A DNA stretch of 63,781 nucleotides, filler included, from Pelomyxa schiedti (GCA_020536535.1; 12 parts of 12 records of this genome joined end to end with filler, not necessarily neighbours in it); one strand, 5' to 3'; shown: positions 52,401 through 63,781, counted from the first letter of the whole stretch. Program-made: numbers and translations. Notes: generated from the letters alone by a model not told the origin.

Positions 52401-52645
52401 ATTTTGAAGAGAGATTTGAGAACAAGCTGGCAGGTATCAACATATGGGCTTCTTGTAAGATCATCAATAATCTCGAAGAAGCTGACCTATTGTGATGAGC
52501 AAAGAATACCTAGTAATGATCGCGACCTGCATGTTATAATCATTTACTGGGTTATTTGAGCACTCTGGTCCACATGGAAGGGCAAGAGCAGACAGGGCAA
52601 GAGTCACAAAACCATTTACAGTAAAGGTTCGAATACTGGGATCCT
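49440..52645 (-). CDS. MON2: MON2 homolog, C-terminal part (5' truncated); multi-exon
   Basis: GWPLVL..TAFSSVHLISSDFL; QAEVNISLTS; LWLQLF.EL; DVRTGALATLF; MIHHSRDSSQKQWDQT; HLVELYPLI. Confidence 0.85.
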
Positions 52646-52647
52646 TT

Positions 52648-52768
<121 letters not shown>

Positions 52769-53168
52769 NNNNNNNNNNNNNNNNNNNNNNNNNNNNNNNN
52801 NNNNNNNNNNNNTTAATTAATTAANNNNNNNNNNNNNNNNNNNNNNNNNNNNNNNNNNNNNNNNNNNNGGGTTTGGGTTTGGGGGTGTGTGTGTTGGGGG
52901 TTTTGCTGGACTCTCTGGTGACACGAGCGGGCTCTGACTCTCCCACGTTTGTTTTGGTTATGTTCTTTTTCAACTTATAATAATAATACCGTGGGTTTTT
53001 TGGTTGTGGGTGTTTCTGCAGTATCTATCACCTTCCGTTCTTTTTTTGTTTTGTTTTTTTTCCCGTGCAGATACAGGTGCATTTCATTGGCTACGAGCGC
53101 CGCGTTCAAGCTGCAGCAGCTGGCTGGAAGAGGAGGAGGGGGAGGAATCAACAACAGATATCAATACC

Positions 53169-53474
53169 GGACGTGACGACATTCAGTCAGTCCAAATTGG
53201 GTTTGTTGACGACAATCAGTCTCGACCCAGATTGGCCCCAGCCCACCAGTGACGACATTCAGTCAGGGTTGGGCTGGGTCATATATCGGCTGGTGGTGAC
53301 GACATTCTGTCAAACCAGTTTCTCAGTCTTCCGCGTTTCCGTGACGACATTTTGTCAGGACCGGATCACTGCCTCTCGAATCCCAGAACGTGTCACGACA
53401 TTTTGTGATGCTCTGGATTCGACTCCAGTCCAGTCAATAAAAGTTTGACGACATTTTGTCACGCTGGACTGGAG
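53169..53474 (+). ncRNA. Putative structured RNA (or ssDNA) element: array of 7 stem-loops with conserved TGAC-GACAWTYW-GTCA cap and variable lower stems
   Basis: Caps at 53174, 53207, 53250, 53297, 53342, 53393 and 53446. Each is flanked by its own complementary arms. Copy 6 has a TCAC/GTGA compensatory swap. G-T wobbles favour the + strand. The repeat and pairing are read directly; RNA status is inference. Confidence 0.6.
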
Positions 53475-54059
53475 AATTCCGTTCATTCCTCCCCCCCTCA
53501 CTCTCTCACTCTTGCTGGCTCTCTGACTCTCCGCTGACTTGGCTGTGACCTGCTTTGGCTGCGACTTGCTTTTCATTTCGTAAGAACACTCCCACTCCTC
53601 TCCAACACAGGAAACAGGTTGGAACAGGTGCTCGAGCAGCCGGCGCAGCAGGCAAGCCAGGAGGAACACTCCTGGGGGTCTCAAACCCCCAAGTAAGTGC
53701 CCATTCCCAATTAATTTCGACTCCACTGATTTCCCTTCACATACACGCGCACACATCTCTCTGGTGGACTTGAGGACCCCCCGACGGAACAAACACTCAG
53801 GTGAATTCAACTCCTCCACCAATAAACAACACTTACTTTTCCCCCAGAGAGGCTGATCATTTTTCTGGCTCTTCGCGGTTCTTGAGGCTCTTTACGTTCC
53901 GCGATGGTCTCTTGGGGTCTCTTCGGCTCTTCGGCTCTTTGGCAGTGCACCACACTCACACCCCCGTCTGTTGTATTTACCCCGTGTTTTTAAATAAAGC
54001 CACCCTTTTCTCTTGTAAAACACCGATTCTGGTTTTCTTTTTCTCAATTCCCAAGAACA

Positions 54060-55420
54060 CTACTTCATGATCATCTTCACTTGTTGAGAGAGCATGCTCG
54101 TTCTCTCTCTGATGATGTTGTCCTGTGGGAAGTTCTGAGTGGTTGGGGTGGAGGGACGAAAGAAACCAGAGCAATGTCCATGAGGCACTCTTTTGCAATT
54201 AAGCAGTCGGATCATCAAATGAAGTGGCTTCCTGGCATTTGCGTTCACTTTGCTCATCACGTGGAACCTTTCCTCAACCCAATAATCAAATACCCCAGAG
54301 CTTGCTTTCTTGGGGAGTTGCCGGTACCATCGCCACTTATCGTCAAGTGCACTCCTCAATGGTTTTGGGTTTCCTGTTCTCGCATGCCTGGATGAAGTGA
54401 AGGGATGTTGACATTGAGCCCAGTCCCGGCAGAATCCATTTCATTGACTGCATATACATGGTAAAAAGAGACAGATAGGTGATGTGTCAAGTACTTTTCC
54501 CAGAAGAGGGGCGAAATATTTCATGCCGCACACCTGGCATTGCAGTAAGAGAGAGAGCACAGCGACGAAGCTCATTCAAAGTCAAAGTCAAAGAGAGGTT
54601 GTTTTGTAGCCACTCAACCGCCTTGTCAACAGGTGCATTTTCCGGCAGCTTCTTTGGCTTGACATTGAAACACCAAAATGCAATGGCCGCCGGGTTTGTT
54701 GTCCACCCACATGTAATTCCCCCAACCAAGGATTTGACAAGGGCCAGGCTTCCACTGCACACATTGATAAAGTGGGAATCGCCGCGGCGAACTAAAGCCA
54801 CAAATGATTCTTCTTCTTCATAGGAAGCGCGTCGAAGCGGGTTGCCAAGCGGGTTTCCCAGCCACTGCGCAAGGTCACAACGTCAGGGGTGGATTTTGGT
54901 TGAGTACTCATGAACTGGTGAACAAAGTCATTCTCAACAATCTGTGTCACATTTTGTCACACCGATGCCCTCCTCCAAGGGCTTTGTCTGTTACGGATCA
55001 ACCTATGGTTTACTCACAACTGTTGGGGCAACCTGCAGTCTCTACCACTGTGGCAACTGCTTCAACATCCTCTTCACTTCTTTGCCCTCAAACCTTGGAA
55101 CTGTCTGCACCACAACAAGAACCAAGTAAAGTCAAAGTACACGGTAAAACCTCTTTGGCCAAATATTAATTACTCGTAGTAATTCATAATTAAATATCCA
55201 CTAGATTGTATCACAATCTTTGAGCATTCATTTCAGTTTGAAGAGTGTGCTCCTCAAGAAAGTCTTCTCAAACACAAATGGAGTGAGCTCAACTGTCATG
55301 AATTGCAGGAAGTTACATTTTGTTTGGTTCATCAAGAAGTTCGTGATATGCCTGAAAGAATCAAGCTTTTGCAAGAAATCATCAAATGCAAAAGTGTAAC
55401 TGCCATGGTTAACAAGGTAA
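54060..55420 (-). mobile_element. Decayed hAT-like (DUF659-type) transposase
   Basis: Fragments in the expected order across stops and frameshifts: GSYTFAFDDF..RHITNFLMN (first catalytic D region), WETRLATRFDAL, NPAAIAFWCFN, FDYWVEE..PLHLMIRLL..RERTSML (dimerisation-domain-like). Recognised by eye only. Confidence 0.5.
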
Positions 55421-55592
55421 GGTACTCTTAGTAAATGAATATGACTAAGTGATTCAGTCTCAGAAAACCACTGAGAGAGACTGTGAGACCAANNNNNNNN
55501 NNNNNNNNNNNNNNNNNNNNNNNNNNNNNNNNNNNNTTAATTAATTAANNNNNNNNNNNNNNNNNNNNNNNNNNNNNNNNNNNNNNNNNNNN

Positions 55593-56997
55593 GCACCCAG
55601 CAATATTGACTTGTTTAAAAAAAAAACTTTTTTTTTTTAAATGATAGACTCCCAATACTATGCAGTGCATGTTGTGATAGTCGTCGGGTGGTTTGTAAAC
55701 ATAGTATGAGGTCTTCAAGGTCCGCTGGCCTTGCAACTCCATGCGTACCTACAATATGATGAGATTGGGATTGTGGCAAAAAGAAAACCTGATAGAAGTT
55801 CAAGGTGCAGCTGTGTGATGCGGTGTAAAACAACGGTTCCATGCTGTAAAGCAGCCACATGCGGAAATTGAGGAAAGAAAGCCCCTAAAGACTAATTAGT
55901 GGGTTACGCAACCCTATGTAAAATACCTTGGAGATATCACTTGGAGTCACAGGCATCCCAAGTTGAACAGTTGCAAGTTCCGATAATGCCTTGGGACCGC
56001 AAGAGTTTGCCACTGCATGCCTGTAAAAAGGAGCAAACCTTAGAGGCTTTTGAGCTACAAATTTGAATTTTTTTCGAGTAAGACCAGCGTACATAAAATA
56101 TTATGTGTACTTACTTGGGTTGGAAGTGGTGGGAGAAGGACTTACGTAATTTCTCAATTGCCGCTGCCTGATACTGGATCACAAGGAAACACGCGACCCA
56201 CANNNNNNNNNNNNNNNNNNNNNNNNNNNNNNNNNNNNNNNNNNNNNNNNNNNNNNNNNNNNNNNNNNNNNNNNNNNNNNNNNNNNNNNNNNNNNNNNNN
56301 NNCTTCTCTGGGTTGTACCCCTCCAACTTCTTACCCTGCAATCCACCTCGTTACGACCCTCCATGGAGTTGCAAGGTTGAAACCCCTTCACCACCTTCAC
56401 CCCAATACTGCACCCAGCAATATCGACTTGTTTAAAAAAAAAAAACTTTTTTTTTTTAAATGATAGACTCCCAATACTATGCAGTGCATGTTGTGATAGT
56501 CGGGTGGTTTGTAAACATAGTATGAGGTCCGCTGGCCTTGCAACTCCATGCGTACCTACAATATGATGAGATTGGGATTGTGGCAAAAAGAAAACCTGAT
56601 AGAACCGATGCGGTGTAAAACAACGGTTCCATGCTGTAAAGCAGCCACATGCGGAAATTGAGGAAAGAAAGCCCCTAAAGACTAATTAGTGGGTGTACTC
56701 AACCCTATGTAAAATACCTTGGAGATATCACTTGGTGAGTGTCACAGGCATCCCAAGTTGAACAGTTGCAAGTTCCGATAATGCCTTGGGACCCCAAGAG
56801 TTTGCCACTGCATGCCTGTAAAAAGGAGCAAACCTTAGAGGCTTTTGAGCTACAAATTTGAATTTTTTTCGAGTAAGACCAGTGTACATAAAATATTATG
56901 TGTACTTACTTGGGTTGGAAGTGGTGGGAGAAGGACTTACGTAATTTCTCAATTGCCGCTGCCTGATACTGGATCACAAGGAAACACGCGACCCACA
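55593..56997. repeat. Two diverged copies of an about 600-bp unit (55593-56202 and 56411-56997) either side of a gap
   Basis: Near-identical sequence with small indels. No intact ORF. Confidence 0.85.
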
Positions 56998-57294
56998 CGT
57001 TTTTGAGAACACCTGCACCACAGTAAGCCCAAATCCTGGACTCACACCGCTAACCATCGTACACCAGTGCCACCACCGGCATAGTCGCGCCCTTGCCCCC
57101 GGTTTTTTTGATGAAAATGGTTTTTTTGGCTTCGCTTATAAAGACACTCCGCAACATTTCCTTTCCTTAAACTTTTTANNNNNNNNNNNNNNNNNNNNNN
57201 NNNNNNNNNNNNNNNNNNNNNNTTAATTAATTAANNNNNNNNNNNNNNNNNNNNNNNNNNNNNNNNNNNNNNNNNNNNCTGTTTCTTCAAACTG

Positions 57295-58066
57295 ATGATG
57301 AGTTCAACTGACGTAACACCGACGACTTGTGGGAGCAGTTCGCGTGGTGGCAGCGACCAACTGGTGAAACTGAACGTTGGTGGGAGGGTTTTCACCACAA
57401 CCAGGACAACACTCTCGATGCCCCATTGTAGGAAAGGGTACTCGTCGCCATCATTCTTCGAAGTCATGGTCTCGGGAAAATTTTCAAGCACAAAGTATGG
57501 CCCTAAAAAGAACTAAACATGTTATAAACCCAATCACTATTCTCTCCTTTTTCAACCACAGAGATGAAAATGGAGCATTATTCATTGACAGGAACGGGGA
57601 ACTGTTTGCACCCATCCTGGATTTCATGAGGACTGGAACCCTGTTTGTGCCCCCAACAGTCAACGCCGATGCGGTTTACGGCGAGGCAGAGTTTTACCAG
57701 ATTCAGCTTCCTGCGAGTCTCCCCACACAGCAACACACTCGGCGGCGGCCCCCGTTTGTGTATGACTTCACCGAATTCAATGTTACACACGACTCAAGGT
57801 GGAATGAGGAACGCAGTGCCTCTATAACACATGTGGATTGGACCTTCATAACCATGCCGACTAGCAGCGAATTGAAGGAGCTGTTCAGCAGGATGACACC
57901 AGACCTGTGCGTGGCAAATGTTGTTACATACATCGAGGCACACAGCGGCTGGAGAGTGACGACCTGGAAGGAGGAGGCAATACCGCCAGACTACAAAAAT
58001 CATTGTGGTGGCCGCAGTGTGCAGGTCTACCTCTACAACCCACAATCAGATAACAAAACATCGTAG
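57295..58066 (+). CDS. BTB/POZ (KCTD-type) domain protein; one intron
   Basis: VKLNVGGRVFTTTRTTL..FFEVMVSGKF..DENGALFIDRNGELFAPILDFMRTG..EAEFYQI. Confidence 0.92.
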
Positions 58067-58167
58067 CCCACTCTCTTGTGAGTTATGTTAACTCTTTCCC
58101 AATGTGCAATGTATTATAATACAGTAACGGTTGAGCATGCTGGAATTTGTGGTTTCACAACGTGAGC

Positions 58168-59177
58168 TCACGTGAAAAGAAGCCGGGGATTCATCCATTT
58201 TCCAGGCTCTTCCTCAGGAATTTTCTTCTTGTTCCTCAGGTGCTGGAAAGAGAGTAGTTTTAAAGAAACTTTGGATTGGGGAAAATTACGTTGTGCAGGC
58301 CAAAAAGATAAACCATCACGAAGCAGTTGCATGATCAGAGTGCTGTCACAGAGTGCACCTCCTGGGCCAAAGTCAGCCTCTGCATAATTGTCAAGCAGCA
58401 CAATGGCATCATCAAATGCCCTTTTAGCAAGACTGGTGGCCTGAACGTGTAATCTGAAAATGTGTGTTAAAGACATAATCGCATTCAAATGGGAAACCAC
58501 ATCACACATACCCAAGTATTTCATAATAAAACACACTGAAGTTGAGGGCAAGGCCAAGGCGAACTGGGTGGCATGCAGGAAGCTCCGCACTTGCAATGTC
58601 AGAGGCAATTCTGTATGCCATCATTGCAGTGTCTGTCGCCGATTTGCAACTTTCAGCACAGCCCAGTTCTGCAAGGTACCGGCAGTAATCCCCTTTCCTT
58701 CACACGCAATTAGGTGAACTTAGCAAGGTTGGCACAGAAGTGTTCAAAGAGCATTTACATTTTCAAGAAGAACACCTTTTCCTCTGGACTGACACTGTTG
58801 GGTATCAGAGTGATGTCCAATATTCCAATGACTTCATTGCAGATGGAACATATTTCAGCTTCAATCTTCTCACGGTATCTTCTGACCCACCTCAGAGTCA
58901 CTGTTTCATCACAACCTTTTGCTTTCTGCCTTTCCTTTTGGGTCGTTATTTTCGAAGAGTAGTTTCTAATTCCCCCAAACAAGAAAACCTGTTGTTCCTT
59001 TGCCGAAATAGAACGCCATGAAGCGCGCCTCGCGCCAATTGTGTTTTTATAAGCAGCACCGAGCAAGTTTCTCTCACTTGTTCCGTGAATCAAGGCAATG
59101 CCCTCACTTTGTTCCAACAACGCCATTTTCATGAAGGTTACCACATCTATGTGTGTTGAAAAGCGAAATTGCAAAGG
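58168..59177 (-). CDS. Divergent 14-3-3 protein, 5' end in gap; multi-exon
   Basis: [21 protein letters not shown]; VFFLKM|[10 protein letters not shown]; [18 protein letters not shown]; AKRAFDDAI; [13 protein letters not shown]. Confidence 0.9.
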
Positions 59178-59277
59178 NNNNNNNNNNNNNNNNNNNNNNN
59201 NNNNNNNNNNNNNNNNNNNNNNNNNNNNNNNNNNNNNNNNNNNNNNNNNNNNNNNNNNNNNNNNNNNNNNNNNNNNN

Positions 59278-60800
59278 GCTGCGGTTGGGTTGTTGTTGCT
59301 GGTAGCACTTGTGTCGGCACATCAGGCCGACTTTGATCGTTTCCTTGTGAAGTACTTCTTCTTTTCCTTCAAGGAGTGGGCCTCTTGTTTTGTTTACCGT
59401 AACGGCAATAACGAAGGTATGGCAAGCAGTACACTGGGGAGGAGTATCTCTACCGAATGAAAGTGTATCATGCAAATATCAGGAAAGCAAACGCCCTCAA
59501 CGGCAATGGCGACGCTGTATTTGGTGAAACAAAGTTCTCTGACCTCACTGACGAGGAGTACGCTTTTTTTTTTTTTTCCCCAGGTACTTGATTTCGTTTC
59601 TAACCACGATCTTTCGCCACACGAAAGGTTCAACTCACGCTACTTGATGGCGCCGACGGCGAGTGAATACCTTGCAACATCTTGTTTGATTGCTCCTGAT
59701 TACGAGCCAAAGCCGGCTGCCACTGCCCTCCGCGACGTGCCTGCTACATTTGATTGGAGGAACACAGCAGGGGTTGTATCTCCTGTTCAGGATCAAGGGA
59801 GCTGCGGGAGCTGCTGGTAAGAACAACGATATCAACTACGGCGTTTCTAAAACACAACTCCTCCCAGGGCGTTCTCCACAATCGAAGCGATAGAAGGAGC
59901 CTATGGAGTCTGGAAGCAGGCTGACTGGTCCAAAGCTGGGCTCTCCCCTCAGATGGTCGTGGATTGCAGTTTGGGACAGACATCTGAAATATACCAGGGC
60001 ACGAATACCACTGTGAAGAACACTGGCTGTGGTGGTGGATGGCCATGGACTGCTTTTGATGGTATGAAGTGATTGATTGGTACCAATGCCGACTTGACAC
60101 TTTTAATTAACCTTTAAAAAAGATATCTCCAACCAGAAGTCACCAACTTACATTGGAGGTGTTCCACTGGCGTCAGATTACCCTTACACTGGCGTGACAG
60201 GGACGTGCAAAATGCCATCAGCATCTGTCTACGGCATTTCAAGTTACACATGTGTTTCTGACCACACCTCAGTATGTATTTGTTGCCAGGCAAGTTAAGT
60301 AACACCAAGTCAATACACAACAGCAAAAAGGGGCTGATGAGACAGTGATGCAACAAACGTTGATGACTCAAGGTCCGCTTTCAATTGCCCTCAATGCCAA
60401 CTACTTTAGTGTAAGTGGCTTTCATTACTCAAGTTCAAAACTAACGCAAATCCAGCTTTACACCGGTGGTATTTTCAAATATTCCGGCTGTACTGGCACC
60501 TATTTGAACCACGCCGTACTAATTGTTGGCTGGGGAACGGATACCACCGATAACACTCCCTATTGGATTGTATATATTCCAAATCCTTCTTACTGCAACT
60601 ACACTCGCTCACATATAACAAATATAGATCAAGAACAGCTGGGGACCTTCGTGGGGTGAATCAGGATACATTGTAATATTACCCCTGCTGTTACATTTCT
60701 TCTCCACTCACTTAATCCTCCACCTCTCACTCTTCAGAGGATGCTCCGTGGCTCTGGGCTCTGTGGCCTCAATCAGGCGGTGTCATACCCTGTCATCTAA
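59278..60800 (+). CDS. Papain-family (C1A) cysteine protease with I29-type prodomain, start in gap; multi-exon
   Basis: FDWR..QDQGSCGSCW|AFS; GCGGGWP; NHAVLIVGWG; YWI|KNSWG..WGESGY. Confidence 0.95.
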
Positions 60801-60857
60801 AGAAAGATTGTCTGAAACAAAAAAGCTTGCGTTCCTTTTTCTCCATTTGCATTTTAT

Positions 60858-62353
60858 TCAAAGGTTTCCACCACCCACTTTTTCACCTCTGTTTTTCAAC
60901 TCTGTTCCTGTTGCAGTAGTACCGGTATTACTACTAGTAGTCCCTGCAATTTCCTTGTTGTTGGTATCCATTAGCACCTTATACACAGAATCACCAGGTG
61001 GCACAACATCAGGAGGCACAACAGCCTGAGAGAGATCAGGCGACCTGTAAGTCGATTCATCCCAGCCAATTGGAGCCAGCACGTTCACGTGGGGGCAGGG
61101 CACCCTCTTCAGAGGCACCAGGGGTCTCCTCCTCCTGCTGCTGCTGGTGCTGCTGGTGGTCCCGTCGGCCGCCGCCCTGGGGAGCGGCGGCGGCGGCAGC
61201 AGGGTCAGCAGGAGGTGGTCCACGTGGGCCGCGAGGGACGGGGAGCGGTGCAGCATGGGGGCCACGCGGGCCATGCCCTCCAGCTTCTCGTCGGGGGAGC
61301 AGTGGGCCGGGATCTTGGGGATGGTGTAGAACCCCGACCACGACGAGGCGGAGGAGGCCGCCGGTGGCGGGGAGGAGGCGGCGGGGCGCAGGCGGACGCC
61401 CTGCGGGTGGAAGGGCAGTATGTACTCCCCCGACTGCATGTAGACTGGCTCCCCTGGCCGCCGGTGGCCGATCAGGAAGTCCCTGTGTACCTGCGTTGTG
61501 TTGTTGGTGGGTTGTGTAATAATTACAACACACACATTATTATAATACAATGTGTGAAGAATAATTGTAAACACTGTAGTTAACCGCACTTATGTTTATA
61601 GTATATCTTCAATTTTATATTGGTTTAATGTGGGCAGTGTGAAGGGAGAGAATGTATAATATTAATATCAATATACATTATGATGGAATACATTATGATG
61701 GATGATTATTAATACTACCGGTTCACTTTCATCAGATTGTTTGGTTGTGTAGACACATAAATTGTACAGGCGTTCCAGAGAGAAAGTGGTGCTGCATCTT
61801 ATAGCATAGTACCCTGTGCGTTCTGCGCAAGTCCGGGCCAATAGGTGATCCATCATTGCAGCATGGTCACAGAATCCATGGAACCACGGTTTTTGCCAGT
61901 CGGCAAGAACGGCCTGGTTTGTTCGTTTCTATGAAATATTGGGATATTTTTACCTCGTACTTCGTCAACTTTCTCAATTCTTTTATCGTCTTGCCACTGT
62001 TCAGTGATAAGGTATACTTTGAGCCTGGCACTGTGGCCAGTGTGAGAAAAAATTTGAAATTTGTAAGAAACAGTACAATAACTCTGCTGGGACCCGATAT
62101 GTTTCAGGATTCAGGATTTTGTCTTGAAAAAGGAAACACAGGATAAGTCAAGAACAGTTAGTACATCCATACCGTGAACGTTTCCAAGGGCTTGGCAGTG
62201 GATAAGGTGCAAACTCTTGTCCAAAAGAGAAACCATATAATTCCAAGGCACAACCTTTCCTTCCAAGTCGTCTTGGTCCCAGGTATCCCTCAAATCTTCC
62301 TTGATCACTTTGCCACCACCGCTGGTTCTATCTTTGATATTTACAACAGCAGC
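60858..62353 (-). CDS. Hypothetical protein, 3' part; multi-exon
   Basis: GC-rich last exon at 60858 to about 61490, plus upstream exon-like ORFs separated by AT-rich introns. No motif recognised. Confidence 0.45.
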
Positions 62354-62453
62354 NNNNNNNNNNNNNNNNNNNNNNNNNNNNNNNNNNNNNNNNNNNNTTA
62401 ATTAATTAANNNNNNNNNNNNNNNNNNNNNNNNNNNNNNNNNNNNNNNNNNNN

Positions 62454-62910
62454 CGCGGTCGCAGAAGACAAGGCAGCGGCTGGTGAGCCCCAGGGTTGGC
62501 GACAGGCTCACGCACAGCAGCCATTTGCGGTGGTTGTCGCGCCGACCTCCCGCAACTATGGGAAGCCGGAACGCCGCACCAGCGCCCACGGGCCTGAGCA
62601 CCCAGTCCTGAGCCCAGGCCCTGAAAATAGCAGTCGACTGCGCCCACTCTCTCATCGCCGTCGCCGTTGTTGCTGTTTGTTGTGCCGCCATCGTTGTTAC
62701 TGATGATGGTGACGACGACGACGATGACGATGATGGGGGTTGTCGGACAACATGTGGTGGCGGTGGGAGCGTGGCGCACAACATTGCGAGGACTTGTGAC
62801 TTGGCCGTCGGTACAGTCGTCGACGGTACTGCGTATGTGGCGATGCGCGACGTGTCCCACCCCTCGATCGTCACGATCGCTGTTGCGGCGTCCCTGAGCA
62901 CGTGCGCCAT
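62454..62910 (-). CDS. Uncharacterised expanded-family protein (F6), 3' truncated
   Basis: TAKSQVLAMLCA..IFRAWAQDWVLRP..CVSLSPTLGL. Confidence 0.65.
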
Positions 62911-63202
62911 CGGCCTGTGTGTGTTTCCCTTAGGCTTATTGTTTTCTCCTAACTGGCATTCTTCCCACAATTAGAACTTACAGGAAGAGCGTCTGAGCCA
63001 GAACCAACTGAACACCTTGAGGTGCGAGTGCCTCATGATGATTTTCCATTGTACTAACTCCCCGTGAGTATAACAATCTTGTCACGCTCTGAGAAGACTT
63101 ATTTTTGTTCTGACCTGAAACCCCTGCAGGTGTTTTTTCTTGTCTCTCGTTCCTGTCCGAACCATTTTTCCACCAAAACCGAGATCGGACAGTCAAATAG
63201 CC

Positions 63203-63781
63203 ATGGCGGTCAAGTTCTTGCAGAAGGTGGAGTTTGATGCTCTTTGAGTACTAAGATCTTGTTCAGCACTATGTGGAACTTGTGAGCCACCCGTTGTACA
63301 GGGTTAACGCAGCACCCTCGGAGAACAACATCAAGGAGTGGTGTTGCAACATCTTTTTCCCTGGTTTGTTTGTACCCCTTCTTCATTTTTCATCATTTTT
63401 GATTGGCCGTAGACGAGTCCGAGTTCCCGGGCCTCGTGTTGCACTTCTGGATATCGTTTGACGACACGTACCCTAACTTTCCGCCCAAGGTTTGCCGTTT
63501 TCCGCCTTGACAAACGTTAAACCTTAACGCCTTCGAGGTCTCCTTGGCCCACACCTTCGAGCACACCCACGTTTTTGGGACAAAGTGCTGTTTCAGCCTC
63601 CTCTCGGAGTTTCAAGGTACTGTTTCTGTTGATTTCTGTTGTGTCACTCATAACATTTTCCAGGATGGTTTGAGGGCAGAGTACCTACGACCAGTATGTG
63701 GAACTCTGCCATAACAGTGCGGTATTTTTTGGAGGTACCTGCCTGCTTTGTGTGCGTGATTCAACCTTGCCTAGAGATTCT
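63203..63781 (+). CDS. Ubiquitin-conjugating (E2/UBC) domain protein, 3' truncated; multi-exon
   Basis: VNAAPSENNIKEW..|..GLVLHFWISFDDTYPNFPPK|VSLAHTFEHTHVFGTKCCFSLL..WNSAITV. Confidence 0.78.

Noticed and set aside
52869-52885. Telomere-like GGGTTT at scaffold start
   Set aside because: Only two copies, within GT-rich low-complexity sequence.
53065-53448. 127-aa ORF with VTTF repeats
   Set aside because: Non-ATG start, and the repeats fall in different frames. Best explained as a by-product of the nucleotide array.
53173-53461. CRISPR array interpretation of the 7 repeats
   Set aside because: Repeats are only about 16-17 nt, spacing is irregular, spacers are complementary stem halves, there are no cas genes, and the context is eukaryotic. 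Reported as a stem-loop array instead.

Overview
Eukaryotic (protist-type) genomic DNA with dense genes and many short (about 40-70 nt) GT-AG introns. It is an artificial concatenation of 12 scaffolds joined by 11 N-padded TTAATTAATTAA six-frame-stop linkers, plus five 100-N scaffold gaps, so neighbourhoods across linkers mean nothing. Gene content suggests a phagotrophic amoebozoan, possibly Pelomyxa-like (inference from memory, not checked). Recognisable genes: an Fpk1/Kin82/phototropin-type DFD kinase, a TRIM-like RING/B-box/coiled-coil/filamin/discoidin protein, the end of an NRPS (A-T), an SLC35F transporter, tRNA-Gln(UUG), intron-containing tRNA-Ile(UAU), a MORN-TKL kinase with decayed paralogs, a Gypsy-type gag relic, three tandem SEL1 + PINK1-like kinases, an atypical Rab-like GTPase, a ubiquitin-UBL fusion, ankyrin-like proteins, a cathepsin D-like protease, MON2, a BTB protein, a divergent 14-3-3, a papain-family protease and an E2. 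The strongest unexplained signal is at 53169-53474. Seven stem-loops tile end to end and share only a 4-bp upper stem, an 8-nt GACAWTYW loop and usually a 5' bulge. Each has a different but complementary lower stem, and one has a compensatory base-pair swap. The array lies just downstream of a decayed hAT-like transposase. Also notable are an unannotated six-member gene family with a shared N-terminal module, a 200-bp inverted repeat and two further hairpin-forming repeat clusters.
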